A stretch of DNA of 64,000 nt. Origin: Tubulanus polymorphus. Lineage: Eukaryota > Animalia > Nemertea. How positions within the stretch are numbered: position 1 is the first letter of the stretch; each line of letters starts with the position of its first letter. This document shows positions 41,001 to 53,800 of the stretch, in pieces. Below the pieces are notes generated by a model. It made no database searches. It was given only the letters and a program-made list of their open reading frames with translations, and had not been told where the DNA came from. The translations under genes were made by a program, and so were the position numbers. The stretch is taken from the NCBI RefSeq assembly GCF_964204645.1, contig NC_134025.1:23168299-23232298 (forward strand), given 5' to 3'.

Positions 41001-43722
41001 TCAATCAGGTCTTCATATTCTCGATCATCGAGATATATCATTGAAACTGCCTGTAATTGTGATTATAAATTGGGTGGTAGATAAAGGAAAATAATCATCC
41101 GTAAATCTAGATAACGATCGGTGTATTCGTAAGAGGTTCTGGCAGAACCGATGTTTTACCGTCTCAATCGCGTCCAAACTGTACTTATTCAAACCAGTAC
41201 CAAAGTATTTATCGCGGGCATCGGCCCAAGGGATACGCTGTCCAGCAGTCATTGTAGCTAACATCTCTTCACCCGGGGACGGATCTTGGTCATCATCCAG
41301 AATACTTTGAAATGCTCTGCAATCACCAAGAATATATCATGATTTTCGTCATCAAATTCAGAGATTTCTCTATCAATGTATACTGGGGTTTGGGTTATCA
41401 CAGACACAACTGCTTAGCTTAATTTAAGATGAGTCCTAAGTGTAAGTCTAGGAAATTCGTTTTTAGAATTGAGATATGAATTTTGTGCGTCATTATTGTA
41501 TTCTCACATTTCCAATTCACACGGTAACAAATATCTTCCTTCGTGACAGTAGTTCAACTTGTAATAGCGACCTTTATGGTAGACTACGACATGTTCTGAA
41601 TAGTCCACATGTTGAAATGAATCTGAAATACAGAGTAGCGTTGACATAATCGCAGAGTTTACGTCAAAACTGGTTGGTATATAAAGCCAGTACTGTGCCA
41701 ATTGCCACAGCAAAGGTAATAGGTACGTTGTAACAAAGGAAAGGTTCGTTGCATCAAAAATGTAGATTATCTGTATCTACCTTTAGCCTTTCCAGGGATT
41801 CGGCTTGTGTTGAAATGTAATCTGTATTGGTCGGAACACATTGGTACAGTACCATTTAACAACATCAACTGTAAAAATTCAATTGCAGTTATTGTTAATC
41901 ACTATAAATTATTGTTTCTCAATATGGTCAGATGAATGATAGAAACAGTAAGTCCCAGGCACAGACGTTTCGCATATTTTCTCGAAGTGCGGGAGTTTTT
42001 GGGGCGAAGGTAAAAGTGTATATATATTTATTCATGTAAATGTCAAGAGGTCTTATATATAATATCTTTTTTTTGTTCTTAAGTATGAATGTCTAGAGGT
42101 CTTATCTGTCATTATATGTTCTTTCGTACTTACTGGAGCAAGCGTTTCCTCTTCCATTTCGCTTTTATAGATCAACAAGCCGTACGTCATATTCGCCGCT
42201 CTTGCCGCTTGGTTACGAGTTGGGACATAAAATGGCGAATCCTGCAATACCAAAACGATTCCGTAGATTACTATCAACAGCGCCTATCCGTTTCGAATAA
42301 GGAAACCAGCGCTTATTTCCAGTTACATATCACGGTATAGATAACTTACGAGCCCGAAATAATTTCGGTTTTCGAGAATTGACCCTCCTCTTGAGGCAAT
42401 ATACATATATTTGGTCCACCAATCGCTAACCTGGACAATATCAAAAGGAAATCGTAGCGGTTGAAATTCATCATCTATTTTCAGCTCAAGATTTAAACAT
42501 TAGCATTACTTACGAAATTTCTGCACAGCCAACTTTTGATAATAAGATAGATATTTAAGACCTTTCCCAAACCTCTGTAGGTATTAAAACGCTCAGCGCG
42601 TTCAACCATTAGATTATAATGTTTTTCGTCAGCTATGGGTTTTATAGAAGCCAAATACTACAAGTATAAGAAAATGAAATTTTTCTTATTCAAATACAAG
42701 ATTTGTTCGATTTTCAATTTCTATGCGTCTGTATTTCATACTCAACTCTATCTAGTGTATCTCTGAGACGTGGCAATGGCACGGATGGTAAAAGTCCTTG
42801 GTAGCTGTACAACTGTGGCTTCTTCGTACCAACAAGAAATCGCATCAGTCCCTGATAAGCAAGAATCAATTAAATGTTTAGATGAAGGGACCAGTCTGGT
42901 TTCCATAGATTTACCAACACGCGTGAAGATTTGTGACAGCGATATACTTATGAAGTGACCTTTAATTTTTCTAAATGTTTTTCGAAATTTTTCAATCGTG
43001 AAACAAATACTGGACACATCTAAACCATATTATCTTAATGGATCTTCCATTTTTTAAGTTTTCATAGAGAACATTGAATTGACTAGAAAAAAAGACATAC
43101 CATCCAAAGTGTTGTTCGCGTGGAGACTGAACCTCTCGGTTCAAACATCCAAGTATGGTAGGATAGCAATAGCCTCAGCGCCAGACGATAGAAGTAAACT
43201 CCTGTCGCCCACAGTATTGAACCCGAAATTGCAGCGGCCAGAAGATTCCGAGGTGGCGAACCAATATAGCTGCATGGGGTGAAATTCGAAATATTATCAT
43301 AGTATATATTGGGGCCTGTTCCACATTTATGAAAAAATGATTGTACTTACCATTTCTCCAATAAGCTATCAATTTTAGTTGTGAAACCAAATGTGATATC
43401 TACATTAGCATATCCGAAAGCCAGGAATATTGTTAGCATTATAATTAAACTGTCCATTGTCCATGGATATATGGAATTATGAATATAATTCTGGAAATAA
43501 TGAACAAAAATCCCATTTATGCAATTAATCAAATAAACTTTATACATGTATATACTTAATGCACATTTTTTTATATTTATTGTCAATCGGGTGTTCTAAC
43601 GTAAAGTTCCGAAATTGGGCATTGACTCTTGGTAAAATACCCACCTGTATCTTCAGCTGGAATCTGTTGGGGACGAATTTCTTCCTTACCCCAGTGGGGT
43701 TTGGATAATGCATCGCAGACAT
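38001..43722 (-). CDS. CPT1-derived acyltransferase paralog E (most distinct from A-D)
   Basis: Start exon 43722-43645 [26 protein letters not shown]; [10 protein letters not shown]; [10 protein letters not shown]; micro-exon 40571-40546 HGYHVEHSW|ADA; [16 protein letters not shown]; [21 protein letters not shown]; GQDTCQHLF; LVTSQ; GGGSFGA; ends EKEKTV* at 38001. Confidence 0.87.
40111..40286. repeat. Long imperfect inverted repeat with hammerhead-like core motifs; possible Penelope-like retroelement remnant
   Basis: Arm TTTAAAAGTTTTAAAATC..GAATT..AATCAAAAATTA..GACA..GCGTTTCGAACTCT and its reverse complement; central CTGATGA and CGAAACGCCGTGTC. Confidence 0.6.
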
Positions 43723-44548
43723 AGTACCACTGAAAAGTTAATTAAACTACTACATTACTAATAGATGCATACTTGGTAGAATATATACAGTACTATGAAA
43801 ATATATGGTGCGCTAAACTAGATGAAAAAAAAAAACATTTGTGAAATAAACAGAATCACTTCGACTGGGCTTGAACACGACAACATTGGTGATTTATTCG
43901 GATCTACGAGAAAGATTGTGGTCTCACCCTCTCACCGGGTATTTTTGTCCCATCCCGGTACTTTGAAATGTGAGAGAGAGAGAGTAAACTATTGTCTCCG
44001 CAATGAGAGCAGAATTGTGGGGTATATTTCTAAGTTTCGATTTGGCTTTTGATAAATCAAAAGTCGTTAACTTAAGTTCGATTTAAAAAATTAAATGGGT
44101 TTTTAGTTAAAATATGATTTAAATCAACTAACCTTGTTTTCTTCGAACGCCCAGCACTACCAGTCATCATGAAGCTAACGTTTTGTAAACAGAAATGATG
44201 CTCGTAAGATGTGCCAACGTCAGCGCTCTGTGTGCAGCCCGATTGTGACCAAATCGCAATCGGCAGCACAGCTGGCTTACAGCCTCCCTACAGGAGCTCG
44301 TCATGCCCGAGTATCCTCTCTGTGCGGATCATTTGCTATGTACTAAAGCTTTATTTTGTGGCAGATCGGTCGAATATAACAATTTGGTATATTTCGTGGC
44401 ACATCTGTTGAAAATAATGTTTCAGAATATTTGACGTCATATATGCAAGCTTATTTCCGAAAAGTCCTTTCACCTGAACTTCTCCCATCGGCTCTGGTGG
44501 GTGATGGACTCTATTTGCATATCTATAAAATTGGTGATATGCAGAACT

Positions 44549-44775
44549 CAGGGCTGCCAACCGTCGAAAAGTGCTATCAGTAACTAATTGAAATTTTTCA
44601 GTAACATTTCATTGAGATATGAAAGAAAATGTTCAAATTAATTTAGGAATCAACAGCAAGGCCCTTATTAACATCTTTCATATTTCTCTAAGCGTCTAAT
44701 ATAACAACTCAAATCAGTATTTCTCGTAATAAAATATAATGAAATACTGAAAATCAGGAATAGTTGGCAACACGG
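44549..44775. mobile_element. Non-autonomous DNA transposon (MITE) with 6-bp TSD AGAACT
   Basis: Imperfect TIRs CAGGGCTGCCAAC / GTTGGCAACACGG, flanked by AGAACT at 44543-44548 and 44776-44781. Confidence 0.7.
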
Positions 44776-45325
44776 AGAACTGCATAACTATTTCAGAAAG
44801 TCGTCCGGGGAGTCTACCGCTAGAGATGGGAACAAATCCTGTGTCATACGTACTGCCCATACCTATGACTCCTTCGTGAGAACAGATGCGGATCCCGAAG
44901 AATAAAAACTAAAAATCCTTTATCTAACAGTATTTGGCCATTTTTATTCTTGAGCAACTTCTAATTTCATTCATACAATTCTAATATCAACCAATAAATC
45001 AATACTTATGATATGATACGTTGAATAATTTTCATAAATTAATTCTTGTAGTCATTAGTTCTTTTCATTACGATAATATATTCATTAGTTAAAATCACTA
45101 ACCTAAGCAATCACAATGTTCATTTTATTTAAAGATAAAAAGTGAACAAAATTTGAATTCATTCATTACAATTTTCACTGCTATTGGTTTTCAAAACAAA
45201 TATGAAACAACTCAAAGTCGATCGAGCCTAAAAAATACACGCTCAAATTGACTTTCAAAAACTGAATGATTCTAGGACCTATCGGAAATCGGTAATGTTT
45301 GCAGAATTTGAGAAATCATTTTTTT

Positions 45326-45535
45326 CAGACCTGACTACCTGACTTTTAGTAGTTCTCACTAAAATTGAGGGCAACGTGACATCAAAAACAGTAGTTTAAT
45401 TGAAAATTTACTATGGAAATTATTCTGATTTTTCAAGTATTTTGATATTTTTGGGAGTAGTTGATATTTTTGGGAGTAGTTGAGGTCGTAAAAGGGGTAA
45501 AAACTACTCTGAAATAGTAGTCATAGTCAGGTCTG
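45326..45535. mobile_element. MITE with 12-bp perfect TIR
   Basis: CAGACCTGACTA ... TAGTCAGGTCTG; flanks TTTTTT / TCTTTT (possible 6-bp TSD, one mismatch); internal AGTAGT repeats. Confidence 0.7.
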
Positions 45536-47839
45536 TCTTTTACATTTGATTGTATGAATGTAGAACTTCCATTTGGTTGGCTACAGTAATCGCACTGTCC
45601 GCGGAGGTTAGCTGAAACTAAACCTGCTACACCTTTGAACTGGTGGGAATGTTTTGAAATTTATCGTTCTAGACGGCTAATCAAAAACAAACAGGAATAT
45701 TTTGGTCTTTGTCGTTCCGCACAACTGTTAAAAATCAGTAGCTATCCACCACCGCTGATATGCAACAGGTTTTCATAAATACAGGTCAGATCATTTGAAC
45801 AATGCAAAGAGAATTTTTCCCATCAACGATAACATATTCTATAATACTGGGTAGTATTTTACAAAGCAGTCCAACTCAATCCCGGTGATGACAAGAATCT
45901 TTAAATACAAATACCGTAAACTTCGCTCAAGTGGGATCTTTTGGGACTATAAAAATGTGTCTGATTTTGTATGTTATTTATTTCATAGTGTAAAAAAAAA
46001 TATTTCGAAAAACATCCTAGTTGATCGAATCCAACTTGGGTAGAGTCTATGGTATATGCACAGCAATATGATATCGATTCTGTTTGTTCTAAATGGTCAA
46101 ATCTTCTATTGATTGCTGTCCTATCTGAACATTTCAGAACATTTCAACATTGAATATTTCAATATAGCCCGAGATAAAACTGCTTTGACAAATGCTGCGC
46201 CATATTTTTTCAAATGATGAAAATGGAAGTTTTTCAGTAGAGAATGGTCAAGAAGTACGTTCGAAATTTTCATATATCAACCTGAATAACAGTATAAATA
46301 TAATAAGCTACCATAAAATATAATTTCATCACACATTTCCCTAAAAAAAATGCATAACAAACATTTTGAACTTAGTCAAATGAACTGTCAGATACGTACA
46401 CTCTCACACACATTACGAGGTGTTAGGGTTTTTTGACATAGTGAAGAAAAAAAATAGTGAAATGAGTTGCGCGATAACAATAATAAGTGTTGCTGCGAAA
46501 CATGAAAATAAGATTGCATTGATAAGTAGTGAGTAGTCGTCACAAATTAGAGAATCGTTGGGTTAGATTAACACCGATTCAAATTACCAGCTTTAACTAG
46601 AATTTCAGACCAGTTAGAAGGTCCTCACTTCATGAAAATAAAGTAAGTTTTCGCAGTTTGATTATCTCAGTTGCACAGTTGTGACTTAACTCAAAAAGGA
46701 ACTTAATCTTGAGACTGGTCTTAATTTGTTAGTCAGGCTATATAGAACTAAGTTGGTCTAGGACTAGCCTCGAACTTAAACCATGACTATGCAACTGGGC
46801 CCAGTCTACTAATCAGTCCGATTATCCATATGTGGGCTCCGATCTGGACTTTTAAAATGGATGCTGGTGCGATTCAGTAGCCTTACTGCAGCACACCAAG
46901 AGAATTCGATGTAACTTCTATTAACCCACGATAGTTATATAAGGTTTACTTGCTGGCACATGTTACACCACATCATAGACAGTATAACGACATACTGGAG
47001 ACCTTTTTAATAATATGACAACAGTGCATTGTTCCTTAGAAATACAGATATAACAATCGTTGACTGAAACGTTGAAAGACAAAAATAAAAGCAAAATTTA
47101 CTTATGCAAAAAGAATGAAATTCAATCATATTGATAAAGTGAGGGTTCAACAGTATCGAACGCCAAACCAGTGATCGAATTCATTTGTTTGTCACATGTT
47201 TGAAAACTTGATAAAACCCGAATTGAAAATGTTTTATTCTGAACGTTTACTGTAAGGGAATGAGCTGCCATGAAAGAAATCAGTGGAATTTAAAACAATC
47301 ACTCCGAAAATTTAACATTCGGCCACAAAATTAAAACAAGCGTTATCGGTAAAACAATGCAGTCGTAATCTTGTTAAACCGAAGAATGCTACTCGGCCTT
47401 TTAATCATTTCCAGTAACCAATTCAATAACTTAAAGAGAACTAAACAAGCATTTCAATAAACAATAAATCAATTAAAACTATCGACGATCGCATTCGATT
47501 GAAAATCATACGATGTTAGAATAACGTCGAAAATGTTCATTCTATCGTCGTGCAGTACCGTATTTAAGTTGGTGAATTCTGATCTACTTAGTGCACACAA
47601 ATCTATTTACTAAACCAGTTAGATGTGTACATAGTCATCTGGTAATACAATCGCTATTACAAACTCTTAAAAACATCACGCACGAAAAAGTGTTCTCTCT
47701 AAAAAATTCACCGCAAATGAAACCCATCGCATCGAACCCATCGTATCGGCGAATACTTCTCGATTCGGTACGAAATTGGCACGTTCACACCCTGCGTAAC
47801 CCGCGTATTCTTCTTCGTTGTCGTTTTAGTCTTGTTTGT

Positions 47840-50800
47840 TCATTTATTCGTTTTACAATCCTCGACCAGCTCTCTGATATCGGCAAGGGCCTTCGTTATT
47901 CGGTCGGCGAAGCATTTCGATGACTGTTGAAATAGAAGATAAATTATCAAAATAGAGAAATCAAGCTCTAAACAGAGTAGAAATATTCAGAAAGTAGCAT
48001 TAGTCAATTCAGTCATTTCATCTAAAATTGCCACATTCTAAAGAAACAAATTCCCTACATCTCTCCATTGATAAAGACGACAGTAACTGCTTTGAAGAAA
48101 GCTGACAACTTACTGTTTGTGGACATGAGTTCTTGCAAGATATGTGAAAAAAGATGCAATCTTCACCAGAGATTATATATGAAACACCGTATCCATCATC
48201 AGCGACCTAATTAATAAACAATGTATGCAAAAGTTGAACAAAATTCATTTTGATAATGGATTATCAATTGTCAGTTGGGGAATCATCGAAGCAAATACTT
48301 ACAGGACCAAAACCACCTCCAGCTGCTGTGTATTCAGGGTTTTTATTCAAATCTAACATTCCCGTTTGTTGGAGTGGTGTCTGAACAAATATTGAAAAAT
48401 CATTAGTCGAATGTCAGTATATAGCCACATGAAAAACATCATCTAGCACTATATTGACAGACAGGTGAATGCATTGATGAAGAAGAAATGAATTAGTCCA
48501 TATGTTAACAATACATTATAAGCAAAATTCGTCAATGAAACCAAGCAATCAACTTATTTGAATCTAAGAAACATGATTTAAGTTAGTCATCGCTTTTACT
48601 GCCGACACTTTCTAACTCTTAAGAAAATCAAGTACACAAGAGTTTACGATGGGTCAATTATAAATCTGCATAGCCGTATAGACACTATACACATAGTGGT
48701 ACACGTATCAGCAATAAAGATTTTGTCCTTGCTAAAAGTTTGTCTTGAATTTTTAAGTTCAATAGTAGCTCATGTCTATCATTTCCCTATATAGATACAT
48801 GTAGTGTGATGTGCAATAAATAGCATATAACTTTGCATGTACTGTTATATTCCTTCACTTGCAATTAGAATAATCTATATATACCTGGCTTGTGGAAAGT
48901 CTCCATGGTTCGCTGAGAACTTCTTTAAGGAATGGCGATTCGATACCGAGGTATTTGGAGACGACGTACAAACAAAACAGATGTCGATCGATACCACGAC
49001 CGGTCATCGCATTTCTGTAACCGTGTTGATGAGCCTCGCACGCCTCTTTCAGTAACGCGAGCCGTTCTTTATTCTGCAAGAAAACACGTGAAGAAAGAAA
49101 TTCTATCATCCACTAGTGACGTGGTTCGTAAGGGGAATACAAGAACCAGTTGCGCAATCGTGTTTAGGATTCGGATTTAAAAGAATTAATTTCGACAATC
49201 TATTTGAAAACTAATCATTCCTGGACAGAATATTCATGGAATAAGCAAGGAAAATCTTAAATTTCAAATCAAACTTAACAAGCATTTTAAGCCTAACACA
49301 GGTAAAGATGAGAACATGGAAACAAACATGTTTTATCCCAGAAACCATGTTTATCGTAAACACAAACAACACAGGGAAATGCTCCGAAACATGTTTCTGT
49401 ATCCGATTTTTCCTGTGTCTGTACGTTTGGCTTTATGAGTTACTAGAGGCAGATGTTTCAAAAGTTAGAATTACCGTTTTTGTTTTATCCTCCATCGCGC
49501 GCGCGAATGCCGAGGATTCAGTTGTACATGAGCGCACCGTTTCGGTTCTACCTTCTCGGAATAATCGAGTCATGGAGGCTTCATACGTCAAGCAGAATTT
49601 ATGGGCATCCTAAAAATATGCATGTTTAACGTAATTACAAATCAACACAACCACCCTCCAGAGCAATCGATATAGCCCATATCTACATAACAAACTACAG
49701 CACTCGGCACTTCACTAGTCATCTATCAGGCCAGGTATCCAATGACAAGTGCCTTATCCAGGGAAGGTTTTGAACCCATGATCTGGCATCCCAAAGTCGA
49801 ATGCTCTAACCCCCTTTTGCCCGCAAAAAATAGTACCGGTAATGAATATACCACGTATACCATGAAACCCTAATCAAGAAAGGCAGATTGAGTTTAAGCT
49901 TACCCTGTAATATGCCAACTGTAGTGCTAGTTGAATGTATGCATCGGGACTAACTTTACACAATTTCATGAATCCTTTGCCGTAGGAATCGTGCATTAAC
50001 AAATACAAATCAACATCGGAGATCAATTTTGTAGCGACAGCCAAGCTGTTTTCAATCACACCGATACACTGAAATATTGATGGGATTATCAGATATTTAT
50101 TTAGTGGAGACAGGGCTAATCAACGTAGATAATCGAATAGAGTACCTCTTCGGGCAGATCCCACTGTAATCTGATCGGTTTAGGAGGTTGAATCTGAGGA
50201 TCGCCATTGCAATGGCCGTTTTCACGATACCTGGTTTACAGAATGAGATTAGAATAGTGACACTACAACGAGTTTTAAGTGATCATTATCAGACTTCTGA
50301 CCTCTATGATGACTTACCCGAATTTTACCAGATCACTTACAACAGCGTATTCCCATGCATGTGCCATGATAGGAGCATCAGCCCTGCGAATACAGCAAAT
50401 AAATACAATATATGAATGAAAATATTTGATAATCATCACTTATGATTCTTACTCACCAAGAATGTTCTGCATTAAATCCAAACTGAAATAACAGGGACCC
50501 AAAAGACATTATGAAATAATTTGGGCGTAAAAATCGGGCATTTCAAGCTGGTTTAGATACTCGATCAAAAATACTTACCCGACCATCTTTGCTTACTACC
50601 AAAGTGAATGACTTATCAAACCAACGATCATAAGCTTTACCGTGCAGCATCGCTCTTCCCAGCCGACTCAAATGATCAGGATCATTCTAAAAATATGAAA
50701 TGATTTTAAAGAGCAACAATTTCAGAGCTACTATTTCCTTATTTCATCATGATTTGATAGCGATTTTCATTAATCTCGATCAAGATTATTTTTTTTTCAA

Positions 50801-53800
50801 TTCCGTCAAAGATTATTGTAGAGATCACAGCAAGCTGATGGGTAAGCTAAGCTAAACAATGAAATACATCAAAATGTTAGCCAATAAGTTACTATGTGTG
50901 AAAGCCTTTATTCTAAAAATATCTTCAAAAGATATCTAAAATGAAAACTATAACTGTAAAAATAAATGAAAAACCTACTAACACTGCAAAACCGTGTACA
51001 AATAGCAAATATACCGTCAGATTTTAAGTTTCCGATACCGGTATGCTACTTGTAGTGAATAAAAAAAAACATAACAAGAAGGTTCTTTCCTGATACCTTA
51101 GTGTGTGGATTCGTATGACGAAAAGTCAGATATTCACCAGTCTATAGTCGTGTGAGAGAGAAACGATAAAAATATATGGAGAAATTTAGCAAGCAGTGGT
51201 TTCGATGCGAGAATACGCACGAGTTCGTAGTTCTCTACGATATGGCTGCGAAGCTTCATCTAGCATTGGCAGATAGCGAAGTTAGCGAAAAGAATGTTCG
51301 CTAATTCAATACGGGAGGAGGGTTACGACGTGTCGCTTTAACAACACAGGCGTAGTCAAATGTAATAACCATCGAATACATGCATTTCAAAATATTCAAA
51401 ATTTTAGCCGAAAGATGTGTAGCGTATATTTCTATAAAAAATATCAATATCTAAAACCTTTCCCCGAACAAATTGCGTTTTAAGAGTTGACAACTTGAGC
51501 TCGACTAAGTGCGCGTGGAATTGATTATATCATAAACCTCTTTTGGTCGTCTGATTTAAACCCATAAAAATCCCTGGACGATTTCGGTATGATTTAACAG
51601 TATAAGGTAAGCTTGCAAGGCTGTGAAGTCTTACCCCGAAAATATCTTACCCCTGCAATCTAAAAACAGAAGTGAAATGTTTATATACATATATACCCTG
51701 AATGAATGCAACACTTGAACACTTTTTCTCAACGAATATTATGTCTCAGTTGAGGATCGATATACCAGCACTGATCAACCGATTTGGTTGACATTATGTT
51801 CGTGATCTGGAAGAAACTCTTAACTTTCTGAAATATCTCTAGGTAAAATCTGGCACCGTTTAAGAAATTCTGGGGAAAATGCACAGGCAGTTTCTCATGC
51901 ACGAAAGAGAGGATTACATTGGACGTTGAACTTCCGTTATATACGCAGTGGTCGCGAGTTAACAATGATATACTCACAGTGTTTGAATAATCATATTCCT
52001 CTTCATCAAATGTCAAAACAAATGCAGCCTGATAAAGAAGAAAAAATAAACTACAACTTTATACAGTAATCTGAATCAACATATTGGGCCACTAATTTTG
52101 CGATGACCAATCAATCTCTTCCATTACAGTTGATATGCCAAACATATTCAAATCCAAAGAATGGAATTATTAATTTGCAGTGTCAAATTCAAAATTACAA
52201 GTAATCTTTTATCTTCGCCAGAAAATGCGGAGATCACGTACCTTTTCGATAGTATCGAGAGACGTTTTGTTGACTCCTTTGGAGAAGTATTCACTTCTAG
52301 CCGTAGCCCACGGAGTTCGCTCACCAGCCGTTAAAGCTGCTAAATGCTCCTCACCCGCAAATGGTTCACTTTTATCATCTAAAATCTGTTGTAATGTGCT
52401 GGAAAAAATATGCTTGATAATATCAATGAACTGTTTTGACACGTTTCACTTAGATCAATAAATCAAATGTTAAGTATTTCTTATATCATAACTTTGAGCC
52501 AAAGAATAATTTCTAACAAATTTTGATAGCACAATTGGAGTTTAGTGGAGCTGGTTAGTTCATTTAACAATAAATTAACTTACACTTCGAGTTCGCACGG
52601 AAATAGTAGTCGGTTTTGATGACGAATGTAAACCTTGAAATATCGGCCTTTGTGATAGACAGCTATATGGCTAGAATCTTGAACATGCATCAACGTATCT
52701 GAAACAGTAACGAAGAAAATCGTTTTTAACACAAACCAGTAGAACGAATAGTTTAACCTACATTAATATAAGCAGAATAAAAATGGCAATAGGGAATAAT
52801 GGAATATCAATCAAAGCAGCTCAAGCCACGGAATTAATAGATAAAATTTGTTACATATTATTAGTTATATAATCTAAGCCCAACATACATGACGCAGGGA
52901 AACAGACACAGGAGACAGAAACATGTTTCTGTGCGTTTCCCTGTGTTGTGTGCAAATGGAAGAAAGGAGAAACATGGTTTTGGGAAAAGTTTCTGAAATC
53001 AAACTTTTTTGATTCCAAGTTTCCCTGTTTCCATGCGCTGTGTGCATTGAGCTTTAGAGAGCAATATTTCTCATCATGTAGATAATTCTATTCCATTCTA
53101 TGGGCATCAATAAGCAGACTGAGGTAGAAGCAATGACTAATTAGGTTTTAACTATCATTGAGAACAATGTTTCTCATTGATAGAGGGCATTGTGTCGCAG
53201 GAATCGACATTTTTCAATCGATAGAAATGTTACACAATGTCCCGCATTTTCATGATTTAATCAGCGACATATAAATCAACATGTACATTCAATTTAGACT
53301 TGTCTTGACAACATCTAATTGCGCAGCAACTGCAGCATCTAAACGAAATATGCACTAACAATTTTAAACACCAAGCCTTATGAACTAGTATGAAAGGGTC
53401 CATGTTCACAAAGCTTACAATGAGAAGGTTATCAATAGCAACTAAATACAATTTTGTTTTGTGAATGTGGCTCCTGAACTCCAAGCACGACCTCTTGGAG
53501 TTGGTTCCTCGGTTGTGGGTGAATATCGTATTCCCGAAATAACTAGATTTTGGAGTCAGAGTCAGAATAAACCCACAACTGGAACTATGTGCTAGATAAC
53601 GAGAGAACATCATAAAAATCATTAAATTTAGGAGAGAGCATTGCTACATAGGAAAAGATTTTTTTAAAAACATTTTACGTGAAAAAAACTGGTGCCACTG
53701 AACATTGTTTGTTGTTTGATATGAATCTGAATGTCCTCAACAGGAAAATTTATAATTCTTTACAAGATTTACCTAAAAATCATGAATTCATAGTGAGTGG

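Noticed and set aside
44351-44560. 69-aa ORF as first exon of paralog E
   Set aside because: It starts at a non-ATG codon inside a MITE TIR; a better ATG exon with acceptor and donor exists at 43722-43645.
49750-49812. tRNA gene
   Set aside because: Only A/B-box-like motifs, with no acceptor stem; kept as a possible SINE fragment.
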